A stretch of DNA of 64,000 bases, from the IMG/VR virus record IMGVR_UViG_3300020048_000070, positions 1-64,000 of that record; one strand, written 5' to 3'. A program made the position numbers and the translations under genes. The first letter of the stretch is position 1; every line of letters begins with the position of its first letter. Shown in pieces: positions 1 through 10,019 of the stretch. The stretch is from a virus. Below the pieces are notes generated by a model that had not been told where the DNA came from, did no database searches, and saw nothing but the letters and a program-made list of their open reading frames with translations.

Positions 1-227
1 AACGCTACACCAGGAGTAATCTGGGATACGATGTTTTTATCTTTAGCTTTCAAACCACCGCGAGAACTAAAGTGCTCCAATTTCTCAAGAGCAATGTTGA
101 AAGAGAACGCCGGGGCATTGCCCAGGTCGCGCTCTCCAGTGTAAAGACCAGTAGCAAGATCTTTTCGGTCAAAGTATACAACTCCTTTACCGAGCTGGTA
201 ATTGTCTGTACTAGGTGATTGTGCCAT
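1..227 (-). CDS. Major tail tube protein, N-terminal part (runs off the window)
   Basis: Manual translation MAQSPSTDNYQLGKGVVYFDRKD...GERDLGNAPAFSFNIALEKLEHFSSRGGLKAKD resembles siphovirus tail tube N-termini. It has a GGAGG RBS and lies after the neck genes. Confidence 0.7.
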   Translation of the reverse strand, partial: MAQSPSTDNYQLGKGVVYFDRKDLATGLYTGERDLGNAPAFSFNIALEKLEHFSSRGGLKAKDKNIVSQITPGVA

Positions 228-277
228 GATTTTGTTCCTCCAAAGGATGTTTTAATAATTGAATGAATACTTTCTTT

Positions 278-721
278 TTACGGCTCTATATCTGCGAGGT
301 ATCCATCATCCATGTAGGATAAGGATAACACAAATCTAATGCCTAATACATCGGGTAATCCGTACCCTGTCGGCCCTTCTGTGCGAATTTCTCGAATAAA
401 AGTATTCGTAGCTACTATCGCACCCTTTTTCAATACAGCTATTCTTAAATCTTTAAATAGTCTACGTATGTCGGTGGCCCCATCTACAATCAGTTCAAGA
501 AGCACTTCCAAAGTTCTCTCTGCTGGGTAACCTAATGGGTTTCTTGATGACCTTTTATGAATCTCATCCTCTCCCTCTACCATAAAAATGCATGGCAAGT
601 CTTGAAGATTTACTGGTACAGTGGGGTTTCTTTGAAATGACTTTACAACTAGATCTCCAGACGTTTTAGCATCTTTTATTCTATTGTAAATCTCTAATAA
701 TCCCAGTTCCCTCTTATCCAT
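278..721 (-). CDS. Putative tail terminator / tail completion protein
   Basis: 147 aa with an LPCIFMVEGED motif, located just upstream of the tail tube gene. Confidence 0.55.
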   Translation of the reverse strand: MDKRELGLLEIYNRIKDAKTSGDLVVKSFQRNPTVPVNLQDLPCIFMVEGEDEIHKRSSRNPLGYPAERTLEVLLELIVDGATDIRRLFKDLRIAVLKKGAIVATNTFIREIRTEGPTGYGLPDVLGIRFVLSLSYMDDGYLADIEP

Positions 722-1218
722 TATTTCACCAGTATACTAGCCAATGAACTCGCTATACGTTTACTTAACAGGTTCACTACACTTGCACTTATTACTTTTG
801 GGGTAATACCCCCCACAGCTTGAGTAGACCAAATGCGCCCTTTTGACATTACCGTGCGTTCCGGTACCCTTTTACGCCCAGGAAGCTTACCACGCCCTTT
901 TGTGGGGCTAGGCCAAGGCATTGTACCAGGGGCAACACCAAGTTCAACAGAAGGCCCCTGGACGCTTCTATTCTGAATACTAACGGAAGCTATGGTACCA
1001 GTAGCCTTGTTCATGCGAGACATCGACCAACTTGCTCGCATGGCACCAGAAGAGATAGGTGTGCTGTTTTTAAGATTGGTTTTCAATGTTACTGCCGACT
1101 CAAAAACTAATGAACGAATGCTATCTTCCATTAATTTTGGCATCTTAGTAAGACTGTCAGAGAACTCCACTAACTTAGAAGTATCAATGTAATCTATATT
1201 TAGTTTACCAAGAGTCAT
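721..1218 (-). CDS. HK97 gp10-like neck/tail-completion protein
   Basis: Motifs TPISSGAMRASW and N...GPSVELG match the PV.TG.LR.SW / YA.YVE.G pattern; position in the neck module fits. Confidence 0.65.
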   Translation of the reverse strand: MTLGKLNIDYIDTSKLVEFSDSLTKMPKLMEDSIRSLVFESAVTLKTNLKNSTPISSGAMRASWSMSRMNKATGTIASVSIQNRSVQGPSVELGVAPGTMPWPSPTKGRGKLPGRKRVPERTVMSKGRIWSTQAVGGITPKVISASVVNLLSKRIASSLASILVK

Positions 1219-1589
1219 TACACTTTCCTCAACAATAATACGAATAACGCTACAGCAGGGTCAGTATTCCACGCAATTACCTTGTACTTACCAGCAAAAA
1301 TACTGCTATCTGTAACTTCCAGATAATCTTTACTAGAGGGACTTACAGGAATATCTACGCCTTTTACCATTCCTTTCATGTCCTGTGGCTGTATAAACTC
1401 TGAGAATGACAAAAACTGCACATCCCGTTCGGAAAATGAGTCAATAATTGCACTAGTAGAATACTCAGTTGTTGTACTTGCCCCAAATCCATCACTAATT
1501 GCAGATGTGTACGTAGCAGGGTGTACTAAAGATTTTAATACTTTAAATATTGTGGCTACACCCTTATCTATAGTTGTTTTTATAGACAT
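1218..1589 (-). CDS. Putative head-closure (head-tail joining) protein
   Basis: 123 aa with a C-terminal DPA..LF.L.LR motif, between the adaptor and gp10-like genes. Confidence 0.55.
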   Translation of the reverse strand: MSIKTTIDKGVATIFKVLKSLVHPATYTSAISDGFGASTTTEYSTSAIIDSFSERDVQFLSFSEFIQPQDMKGMVKGVDIPVSPSSKDYLEVTDSSIFAGKYKVIAWNTDPAVALFVLLLRKV

Positions 1590-2095
1590 TACGCTCTCAC
1601 TAATCTAACAAGGCCACTACTTGCTCTTAATGTGAAATCATTAATAATTTTCCACACTTTAGTAGGTATCGTTTTAGGCTTAGTGTTATACAAACCATCA
1701 TCTGCCTTTAATTGTACTGAACCAGCCTTTATTTCTGCCAAACCAGCCATATCTGAATCGGCTGTACGATCAACATCAACAGAGGCTAATACCAGTTCGT
1801 ACACAGCTTTTTTTACTTCTGGAGGTACTAGTGTAGAATCATACTCAGTTCCATCTGGAAGAAGTAAACCTACTCTAGGGAACCCCATAGACTGACTTAC
1901 AGAGACTTTTGAACCTTTCCACCTGGCATACCAGTCAAGTTGCATAGATGCAGTAATTAGGGCTTTAGGCTGGTCTTCAACAGCAAGGTTAGACCAGCCT
2001 TCAGCATGTAATCTATCTACAAAGTAAGCAGAAGCCTCTTCTAAAGTAACATAAGAATTAGCAGCTACCCCACCTACTGTCGCATCTAGAGCCAT
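1589..2095 (-). CDS. Head-tail adaptor (DnaT-like phage family)
   Basis: Motifs ANSYVTLEEA..YF, W.G.K....QSM.FPR and VPPEVK.A.YEL are typical of this adaptor family. Confidence 0.75.
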   Translation of the reverse strand: MALDATVGGVAANSYVTLEEASAYFVDRLHAEGWSNLAVEDQPKALITASMQLDWYARWKGSKVSVSQSMGFPRVGLLLPDGTEYDSTLVPPEVKKAVYELVLASVDVDRTADSDMAGLAEIKAGSVQLKADDGLYNTKPKTIPTKVWKIINDFTLRASSGLVRLVRA

Positions 2096-2097
2096 AA

Positions 2098-2262
2098 TTA
2101 CTTACCTAAATCTCGTTTAGCTATTGATTTTTTAGAGGGGACCTCTTCAGTATCCTTGGGGATTTCTACCTCTTCAGGAGTAAATTTCCACCCAGCCTCT
2201 ACCATTTGTGGAATTTGATCTTTATCAGTATCAGCAGCGATACCATCCTTATACATTTTCAT
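2098..2262 (-). CDS. Small hypothetical protein (54 aa) after the capsid gene
   Basis: Manual ORF MKMYKDGIAADTDKDQIPQMVEAGWKF..., with a GGAGA RBS; too short for the supplied ORF track. Confidence 0.6.
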   Translation of the reverse strand: MKMYKDGIAADTDKDQIPQMVEAGWKFTPEEVEIPKDTEEVPSKKSIAKRDLGK

Positions 2263-2288
2263 GTGCTTTCTCCGCTAAACCTTAAAAA

Positions 2289-3400
2289 TTAAGCTGCCCG
2301 TGTGCCAACCAGAGTAATCCGGCGAGGATCAAGACAGAATGCTCCAACAAGAAGATCCATAGACATGGTGTGCTTCTTAGTATTAATATTGTAGTCTTTT
2401 ACAAGACGGATATTAACACCGTTGTTGCCAACTACCGAACTCTCAGCGGAACCAGGAAGATCAAGTTTCGGGAAAGCAATTGCCAAGGAGCGATCATCAA
2501 AAATAGCACCACTAATAGTCGTAGCTTTATTAGCAGCGATAGTAGTGATTGCAGCCCCGGCAGGTACCAGCTCGTTAATCTGCTCAGTAAGCGGAATGGC
2601 AGTAGCAGTCGCAGCAGTCTGAGTTTTTACGATCAGAGGTCTACGCATACCAGCAACCTGAATACGGTCACCCACGTTAAAAGTACCAGTAGTAGCGGTA
2701 GTACTAAGAGTATCCATACCAATCTGGTTCTTAGCAGGGTCAGCAGCTACGGTAACACCAACACCAGTACCAGGAGTTACGGCAGTAGTGGGGAATCCGA
2801 GAGAAGCAAACCAATCCATACCCATTACATGCCCCATTACGGCAGATTGTAGGGTATTAACGCCAGCTTGACCACGGGAGTCAGCACGGTTGAACCACTC
2901 TTGACCGAGCAAAGTAACCTCAGTATCCAAGTCAACGAGCGCATAACGATTGTCTGACAGGCTACGTCAGCAACGGTATCAAACAGGGACAGAGAGGTAT
3001 AAAGACCGGCACCATGCAGAATTTTAGTAGCAGCATAGGCGTCAACTTTCTCTGCAAGACGATAAGCAGCAGGACGAAGTACCTGATCTGCAAAACTATC
3101 CAGGTCAAGTGCCATCTCACGAGTAGTGAGTTCGACAGAAATATCGAAATGCTTCTCGATAGTCATGGACCTACGGCTTGACTGAATAGGCTGAGTACTA
3201 ATAGTAGATACGAACTCATCTACCTTATAATCGCCATGGGTACGGAAAGATACAGTGTCACCAACTTTCCAACCATTAGAGGTCGTACTAAACTCAGAAG
3301 TTTTGTCGATAGCACACATTTTTGAAACTACGAGTTTGTCTTCGAGGTGCGTAAGTGCCTCAGTAGCAAGAATTGCTGGATGATCCCAAAGATTAGCCAT
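2289..3400 (-). CDS. Major capsid protein, P22 coat-like, split by a frameshift near 2960
   Basis: The N-half (KVGDTVSFR, SVELTTREMALDLDSFADQVLRPA) is in ORF 2837..3400. The C-half (NIRLVKDYNINTKKHTMSMDLLVG) is in the -1 frame, which is open from 2966. The fused product is about 370 aa. Confidence 0.8.
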
Positions 3401-3442
3401 TTTATTTCTCCTTTACTTTTGTTTTATTGGTTGTATTACAAA

Positions 3443-3598
3443 TTATTTCTTAACTTTACCTTTTTTAACAGCTGCAAATTTAGCTGATGGATCAGGTTTC
3501 CCCTCTACTTTACCTTTAGCGAACGGGTTAACACCCTTAACTCCTTTTGCAGGAGCTTTTGCACCTTTACCACCGCCACCAGTTGCACATTTAGCCAT
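3443..3598 (-). CDS. Small Lys/Gly/Ala-rich basic protein (51 aa)
   Basis: Manual ORF MAKCATGGGGKGAKAPAKGVKGVNPFAKGK...KKGKVKK with a GGAGA RBS. Confidence 0.6.
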   Translation of the reverse strand: MAKCATGGGGKGAKAPAKGVKGVNPFAKGKVEGKPDPSAKFAAVKKGKVKK

Positions 3599-3626
3599 TT
3601 CCATTCTCCATATAACTCTTTAAACG

Positions 3627-3664
3627 AAAAAGAGCCGATTAAGTTGTTAGACTCAATCGGCTCT
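3627..3664 (-). terminator. Intrinsic terminator-like hairpin between the scaffold and capsid genes
   Basis: 10-bp stem AGAGCCGATT/AATCGGCTCT followed by a T-run on the minus strand. Confidence 0.5.
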
Positions 3665-3816
3665 ATATGATGTTGTTAGCCGATGAATCATTCAGTACTA
3701 CAAAGGATTCGTCAGCCCCAAGCTTCAGAATAAAATTACTTTAGTGTACCCTCTGGGCATACTATATTTTACAGTAATACAAGGTATGCCCAGTTTTGTC
3801 AAGAAAAAATTAAGAG

Positions 3817-4596
3817 TTAAGCCGCTTTTCTACCGGCAAGTACTTTCTTACGGAGTTCCCTGTACTCAGTAACTTTACCTTTTGCTGCTAAATCTGCAAG
3901 TCTTGCATTAATATCGTCATCTGTATTCAACCCAGGCCCACCTAAACCACCGCCAATGGACGGAGGCCAATAATGTGGGTGAGATTCTTTCAAAGAAGTT
4001 ATCCATTTATCAGATGTAAGAATAAGACCATCTCTATCTTGTTTAAGTTTATTCTCTGCATCACGCGCTTCTACTTCACCACCAACACTCAAAGAGAATA
4101 CATTGCCGCCCCTCAGTAGTACGTCATCTACAGCAGATGAAAGAACCCCTGCTTTAATAGCAGCAGATCTCAAATGGTCTTCTACCATTTTGCGTTCAAA
4201 CTGAGATTTGTACATCTGCTCGCCTTGTTTAGCTGTCACCTTTTCAGTCTCAAGCTCTTTAATCTTAGCATCCATATCTGCACGAAATTGCGCAGTTTTC
4301 ATCTGAATGAGTTCTTCAGTACGCCCATCTTTAATCATCTGGGCTTCAGTAGACTCCTGGAAGAACTTCAATGCTTCCCTGGCCTTAATAGGATCTTCAA
4401 TATCGCTGAAATTCTTCAATTTCTCTTGAATAGCTTTCTTTTCAGCAAGAAGTTCGTCATTTTTAGTCTTTAATCCTTGTACAGCAGTCTCTACATGGGT
4501 CTTAACAGCTTCACTAACGGCTGTTTGGAGGCTAGTAGTGTACGCCTGTACTGCCGCTTCTCTTTGTACTTCGTCCGTAATAAATGAAAAATCCAT
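3817..4596 (-). CDS. Capsid scaffolding protein
   Basis: Coiled-coil sequence with GLKTKNDELLAEKK and a C-terminal PHYWPPS.GGG; lies between portal and capsid. Confidence 0.75.
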   Translation of the reverse strand: MDFSFITDEVQREAAVQAYTTSLQTAVSEAVKTHVETAVQGLKTKNDELLAEKKAIQEKLKNFSDIEDPIKAREALKFFQESTEAQMIKDGRTEELIQMKTAQFRADMDAKIKELETEKVTAKQGEQMYKSQFERKMVEDHLRSAAIKAGVLSSAVDDVLLRGGNVFSLSVGGEVEARDAENKLKQDRDGLILTSDKWITSLKESHPHYWPPSIGGGLGGPGLNTDDDINARLADLAAKGKVTEYRELRKKVLAGRKAA

Positions 4597-4665
4597 GGTA
4601 TGCTCCTCCTCAGGAGAATAAGTTCGGACTCCCTCAAGGAGTCCAGTTTACCGGGAAATCCGGTG

Positions 4666-6282
4666 TTAAGTGGTGTAATTATCGGTACTTTTATCTACAG
4701 TAGCTGATTTTGCAGCAGTAGATGCACTTTTTTTGCCTTTTTTACTTAATTTTGTGCTTCCAACCATCCCACTAGGGTCTTCTGTAACACTTAATCCAGG
4801 TTTTTTAACAGATTTAGTAGGAACTCCAGCTGTATTACCAGCATTAATTGCTATGCTGTTCTCCTTAATAAAATCTCTCTGCGCTACAAGTTCACTGATA
4901 TACTCAGTCAAAGATATTGTTTGATCAAGTAAACCGTTACCTATTAAATATCTATGAACAATAGATATAGGCATAATGTTTTCTCTATACCCAGCCACTA
5001 CCTCCCGTAAGACATTACTATCTGGGATACCATAAGTAAGGGAAGATGGGGCATCAATGATAACTTTACTTTTATCTATCCCAGCCCAGTTGCAAATATA
5101 GTGTAAACCGGATCTAATAGCGTTTAAAGCAGATAAATATATACTGTAAATACTTGCAGATTGGGTAGCTTGCCTAATTCTAAGAGCTTCAGCAGCTTCT
5201 ACGCCTTTTCTAGCGTCCAGAATAGCTACACCGTGCCTAATAGCCTCTTCATATAGATCTGCAATGTGCTCTTTTACATGTTGTAAAGCAGCAGTATCAG
5301 TTTGTGTATAGAACACACGAGCTTGAGCATCTGGAAGAACTATCATAACAGAAGATCCAACAACATTTGGAAGATCGTCATCATTAGAAGCACCAGCCAT
5401 TACAAGGGTAGGATTACAAGAAAGATATTCGCTGTTAGCAAGATCTGCTTCTTTACGATATATTTGAATAGAACAATTTGCTACTGAAAGGAGAGGTACA
5501 GGTTGCAATTCTACACTATTATTGATGGAACCGGCGATAAAAATCGGCAATTCATCCATAGTTTTACCGTAATACATAGGAGTTTTAGAAAATTCTTCAA
5601 ATTCTCCGTCAGTTCCAAACAATTTAGTGGAATATTGCCCATTATTCATGTACAAAACACGATAGACATCTTCAGCATCGTGAGAAAATATGTCATTACT
5701 ATCCGGTATAGCTTCTTTAAATACTCCCAAAATAAGGTTCTTCTCTGCAGACATTGTAGATGTCTTCCAGTTAATTAAAGATTCAGCTGTATACTTAACA
5801 AATTTAAACTGCTGTGTCTTCTCTACTAAATCTACTGTTAGAGGGCACCTTCCAGTAGTAAGTATCTCAATAATAGTGTCCAAAAACAGTTGTTGAATGG
5901 AAATACCGTCTTTTGTAGCCTCTTTTATGATGTATTCTATCTCTTTTGGCACGTTAAATTCAGGTAATTTAGTAACAATTACGCCTAAAGCACCCTGTAG
6001 AGCGTATGAACAGACTTGAGGAAAGTGTGCGCGTTCCAAATAGGAATCATAGGCATCGGCATATTCACCAGTCATTCCAGCGGGTCTGGGAAGATATGTT
6101 TCTTTAGCATCTTTAATAGCTTGCTCGCCTTTAATGCAATCTCGTACTCTCTTCCATCCTTTTGAAGATGTATAGTACCCAGGAGCTACATTACTGGGGT
6201 CTGCACTACCTGTGATTATCTGACTTCTTTGATAGCTACTCCTATCAAAATCTATAGTTGGAACTGCCGCTATGTTTTCCAT
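4666..6282 (-). CDS. Portal protein (DUF4055-like)
   Basis: Motifs W..VRDC..GE.AIK...ETYLP, Y..YL.RA.F and VE.AEALRIR; 538 aa, directly after the terminase. Confidence 0.85.
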   Translation of the reverse strand: MENIAAVPTIDFDRSSYQRSQIITGSADPSNVAPGYYTSSKGWKRVRDCIKGEQAIKDAKETYLPRPAGMTGEYADAYDSYLERAHFPQVCSYALQGALGVIVTKLPEFNVPKEIEYIIKEATKDGISIQQLFLDTIIEILTTGRCPLTVDLVEKTQQFKFVKYTAESLINWKTSTMSAEKNLILGVFKEAIPDSNDIFSHDAEDVYRVLYMNNGQYSTKLFGTDGEFEEFSKTPMYYGKTMDELPIFIAGSINNSVELQPVPLLSVANCSIQIYRKEADLANSEYLSCNPTLVMAGASNDDDLPNVVGSSVMIVLPDAQARVFYTQTDTAALQHVKEHIADLYEEAIRHGVAILDARKGVEAAEALRIRQATQSASIYSIYLSALNAIRSGLHYICNWAGIDKSKVIIDAPSSLTYGIPDSNVLREVVAGYRENIMPISIVHRYLIGNGLLDQTISLTEYISELVAQRDFIKENSIAINAGNTAGVPTKSVKKPGLSVTEDPSGMVGSTKLSKKGKKSASTAAKSATVDKSTDNYTT

Positions 6283-6288
6283 GTTGTT

Positions 6289-7716
6289 TTATGTCCTCAC
6301 TTTACGTTGTTTTAATCTGTTAAGTTTTCTAGCAAGCAAATATCTTAATGAATCACAGCAATGGTCTTCTAAGCTACTATCAAGATCTTCTGGTTTATTT
6401 GGGTCATGTTGCATTATAGGGATAGTCCGAATATGGTGTCTACAATTTTCAAAGAAATATAAATGTGGATGCTCTAAATCTCTACGTTTTGCAGCACCAA
6501 GCATAGTTCGTATTAGGGACCATCCAGCCACCCTTGACCCAGATCCTTTATACGCCTTATGCCACCATAACCCATGGTCAGACATGTTTTTAGCTATAGA
6601 TGTGCCATCCCTAACCTCCCAAATAGAAGTATCAGCTGGGCCAATACGTACTCTAGCTTTATATTCCATCTCAATACCAGAATCTACTCCGGCAGTTCTC
6701 TCAGCAATATCTTGGGAGGTAGCTTGATCACCAGTATTAACTGTACCATTCCATCCATATATCTCATTTACTCCTATTACAGAACCTTTAGGTAAAAATG
6801 GTAATCCATAAATACTATCCGGCTGTTCTCCATTACATTCAGCCCCATAAGTAACTGACCATGGCTTACTTGATCCCCAGTCGAAACTTCTTACAACATC
6901 CCAGCTCTTTGGAAATGGAAATTTAGGAATAATATGAATCTTACTATCCCATAAGTCGGCAAAGAAACCACCAGCTACTATATCCCAACTACCTTCTATC
7001 CATGCTTTTCTTTTAACTGGGTCATCTTGTACAGCTGACAAAATAGTCATCTGGTAATTAGGATCTGCTTCAAGTAGTGTACTATTTTCAGATAATGAAG
7101 ATACTATATGTACTCGGCCTTTACCAGTCTCTTTATCTTTAAATACAGTTTTAGATGGGGCAACATCAATAAATCTATGCTTTACCCATGAGTGTCCAAT
7201 ACCAGCGGGGTTACATGTAGATCTTATTTTTCTAGGGACATTAGGATTAGAGCTACGATTGGTACTCATCATCATTTTGTAGCATTCGTCTGTAGCCCAG
7301 TTGGTTAACTCCTCCCATCCTATCCATGGATATTCATGACCGTGGTATCCCCAATAATCTCCAGGTAACCGCATATATCTTAAGTACAGTGTTTCTCCTG
7401 TTGGGAATACCCAACTATGATTGGTACCATTCCATTTAGCACCAGGAAATATCTGAGTTATCCACTTCTTACTCTTATTGATAATATCTGTTAATTGGGT
7501 GTATTCTTCACGAAACAGAATACCTCGCCAATCTGCTCCGTACCCTACACCAACATCTTGCAAGAAATCCATTAATAAAACATCGGTCTTTCCACCTCCC
7601 CTATTTCCATGGAGAAGTACTTCGTGTATAGGACACTCCAAGAAATCTACTTGACTACCAGGGTGAGGTGTCCAGATAACTTTATTTGTTTTACCAAATG
7701 GCCTTTTAACTGACAT
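6289..7716 (-). CDS. terL: Terminase large subunit
   Basis: Walker A GNRGGGKT, Walker B WIGWEE, TCNP coupling motif, nuclease motifs RSFDWG and DHCCDSLRY. The ATG at 7716 has a GAGGA RBS. Confidence 0.92.
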   Translation of the reverse strand: MSVKRPFGKTNKVIWTPHPGSQVDFLECPIHEVLLHGNRGGGKTDVLLMDFLQDVGVGYGADWRGILFREEYTQLTDIINKSKKWITQIFPGAKWNGTNHSWVFPTGETLYLRYMRLPGDYWGYHGHEYPWIGWEELTNWATDECYKMMMSTNRSSNPNVPRKIRSTCNPAGIGHSWVKHRFIDVAPSKTVFKDKETGKGRVHIVSSLSENSTLLEADPNYQMTILSAVQDDPVKRKAWIEGSWDIVAGGFFADLWDSKIHIIPKFPFPKSWDVVRSFDWGSSKPWSVTYGAECNGEQPDSIYGLPFLPKGSVIGVNEIYGWNGTVNTGDQATSQDIAERTAGVDSGIEMEYKARVRIGPADTSIWEVRDGTSIAKNMSDHGLWWHKAYKGSGSRVAGWSLIRTMLGAAKRRDLEHPHLYFFENCRHHIRTIPIMQHDPNKPEDLDSSLEDHCCDSLRYLLARKLNRLKQRKVRT

Positions 7717-8278
7717 TGTTATCCTCTTGTACAACAACACCAGTAAGGCTCTTACGCGCTTTCATAGTCTTACGTATTCTTACTACACCATCAATACGCA
7801 TGTATCCTTCTCTTTGTGGTATCTTATCTACCCTTCTATTAAAACCATCTGTCTTATGTAGAAAAGATAAATACTTCTTCCACCCCTCCTTAACTTCAGG
7901 AGACATCTTATTAGGCATATACCCATATTTCATTAATTGTTGGAAGTACTCAGGATCAGAACACATCTTTCGTAATTTAGTATCACCTTTCCTCTTGCTT
8001 GCTCTATCCTTATATCTTTTACCACTATATAGACTCCTACGCATAGGAGTCGTGGTACACCCATGTTTCTTTTTTACCGGATAAGAAAGGGCTTTATTTG
8101 CTTTCTTGAAAAACCCTTTAGGGATCAATAATCCATCTTCATCAAATCCACCAGCAACCCCAATAAATCCTGCTTTCTGTGCAGCACTCTGTTCTCTTCT
8201 ACCTGTATTAATAGTAATAATAACAGTATCATTATCTACAGTAATATTCTCTAATCCTGGAAATATTCTCTTTTTCAT
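7706..8278 (-). CDS. Basic hypothetical protein between the terminase subunits
   Basis: 190-aa ORF overlapping both neighbours. Confidence 0.6.
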   Translation of the reverse strand: MKKRIFPGLENITVDNDTVIITINTGRREQSAAQKAGFIGVAGGFDEDGLLIPKGFFKKANKALSYPVKKKHGCTTTPMRRSLYSGKRYKDRASKRKGDTKLRKMCSDPEYFQQLMKYGYMPNKMSPEVKEGWKKYLSFLHKTDGFNRRVDKIPQREGYMRIDGVVRIRKTMKARKSLTGVVVQEDNNVS

Positions 8279-8958
8279 TATCTTTCCACGGTGTATTCAG
8301 CATCCTGAACACCATGCTCCAATTCCCACTCTTCTTCACTCTTCTTTTTAGGGATAAGAAGAACACCAGCAGTAACGTTCAAGCTCTTACTCTCTGTCTT
8401 AGTACTCCATCCCAGCTTATTACCAGTAATAAATTTGAATAACTCTACATTATAGCCTCTGTTATCTAAGTTATGTTTACCTTCTCTTAGATACCAGCTC
8501 TCATGTAATGCTTCTCCTATTTCAAAAGCTCTATTAAATTCTTCATACATCTCTACCCAGTTCCTAATATCCCTTACAGATACTTCAAACTCAGCAGCAA
8601 TCTCAACAATACTCATCCCATCCTTAGCAAGAACAAGGTATTCCATAGGGTGATACATAGGGTCATATTTCTTACCTAGTAATACATCTGGTATCTCATT
8701 ATCCTTGAATAAGTTCTTTTCTATTATAGGGTCTCCACCATGCTTCTCACAAACATCCCACTCCCCTACAGCTAATTTTTTGCATGCATTTCCATCAGCA
8801 TCAACATGAACACAGTATGCTTTAGGGTATAGTGCTATCTCTTTTATAATGTTCTCTTCTTTGATAGTTTCCTTGTGTAAGGACTTAACAAAAGGAATTT
8901 CTCTAGGAGGTAAGAGTACTCTCCTACGTATTATTGCTTGACTACTAGCCGTTTCCAT
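8278..8958 (-). CDS. terS: Terminase small subunit (HTH plus a Cys/HGG zinc motif)
   Basis: HTH GMSIVEIAAEFEVSVRDIRNW..Y.EF, motif C...C...CEKHGG, and position upstream of terL. The ATG at 8958 has a GGAGG RBS. Confidence 0.65.
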   Translation of the reverse strand: METASSQAIIRRRVLLPPREIPFVKSLHKETIKEENIIKEIALYPKAYCVHVDADGNACKKLAVGEWDVCEKHGGDPIIEKNLFKDNEIPDVLLGKKYDPMYHPMEYLVLAKDGMSIVEIAAEFEVSVRDIRNWVEMYEEFNRAFEIGEALHESWYLREGKHNLDNRGYNVELFKFITGNKLGWSTKTESKSLNVTAGVLLIPKKKSEEEWELEHGVQDAEYTVER

Positions 8959-9433
8959 TAGCTTTTCCTCCAATAGTATTACATAGTATCCTATAGTAGG
9001 CAGTACTATTATCATCTACTTCTAAAAGACTATCTAACAATCTTTCTACTATAACAGCATTAATCCCCTTAGCATTAACATTAAGGGGAATACTATCAGG
9101 GAATTTGTAATCTTTGAGTATCTTATAGAGTACTTTTTGTATATCCCTACGAAAGGTACTAGCATTATTGATACCAAGCATTACAGCTGCATAAGCTACA
9201 GTACTCGTAAGTATCTTGACAGAGATATTCCTATCCCCTATTCGTACTGAACAGTAATAGTACTTTGAGTCGTTATTGGTATTATTAGGATTGGTGGTAT
9301 CTTGTTCTGGTAATGTTTCAGTGTCTTCCGTATTGAGGGGAACAGTACAATGACTCCAATGACTCCAACGGGAAGGAATGCTACTAGGAGGGGGTGTCCT
9401 AGCGCTCTTGTAAGATTCTATTGATGATACCAT
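8945..9433 (-). CDS. Hypothetical protein
   Basis: 162-aa ORF, first gene of the leftward operon. Confidence 0.5.
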   Translation of the reverse strand: MVSSIESYKSARTPPPSSIPSRWSHWSHCTVPLNTEDTETLPEQDTTNPNNTNNDSKYYYCSVRIGDRNISVKILTSTVAYAAVMLGINNASTFRRDIQKVLYKILKDYKFPDSIPLNVNAKGINAVIVERLLDSLLEVDDNSTAYYRILCNTIGGKANGNG

Positions 9434-9491
9434 AATAAGTACTAAGTTAAGATTAATAATAACATCTAATGTGCTACTCTATAATTGCTAT

Positions 9492-9520
9492 AGGGTACAC
9501 ATACCAGGAAATGTTGTCAA
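9492..9520 (-). promoter_or_regulatory. Sigma70-like promoter for the leftward packaging/head operon
   Basis: TTGACA-17 bp-TACCCT on the minus strand. Confidence 0.4.
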
Positions 9521-9558
9521 GGAAAACCGTTACATATAAATAACTGGTGTACTGTGGG

Positions 9559-9630
9559 TGTAGTGCTACTGTGGTACAGGGATATGAATATCTGTGTTAT
9601 GGTTGTAGTGCTACTGTGGTACAGGGATAT
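9559..9630. repeat. 27-bp perfect direct repeat (2 copies)
   Basis: TGTAGTGCTACTGTGGTACAGGGATAT at 9559-9585 and 9604-9630. Confidence 0.9.
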
Positions 9631-10019
9631 TGACAAAAATATATGGAGTGAGGAGTACCACCCCCGCCTGACAGAAAAAAGGGTTGAAGGCTTGGCATGA
9701 ATATTGCAAGGTGGTCAACACGGCCATTCCACAGCTTATAAAACCTGACACATAATTACCCGTCGAAAGTAGTAGAATATGGCCAGGTTTTATGCTACTT
9801 TGTGGTATTATATATGAACAAATTAAGCCAATGGAAAGCCATAGCAAGAAAATAATTGTTTTAGAATATGTAATAAAAACAATGATTTACAACTAAAATG
9901 ATTTTAACAGTAAAAAATAGTTTGCAATTAAAAATCATTTCGTTATATTCTGCAATTGTTCAATGAGTAAATAGTTATTCATTGCACAGCTGGACAATTC
10001 AATTTTATGGGGTAACATT

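Noticed and set aside
339-8351. Plus-strand ORFs within the structural module (and minus-strand ORFs after 10 kb)
   Set aside because: They are shadow ORFs antisense to well-supported genes, with no recognisable motifs.
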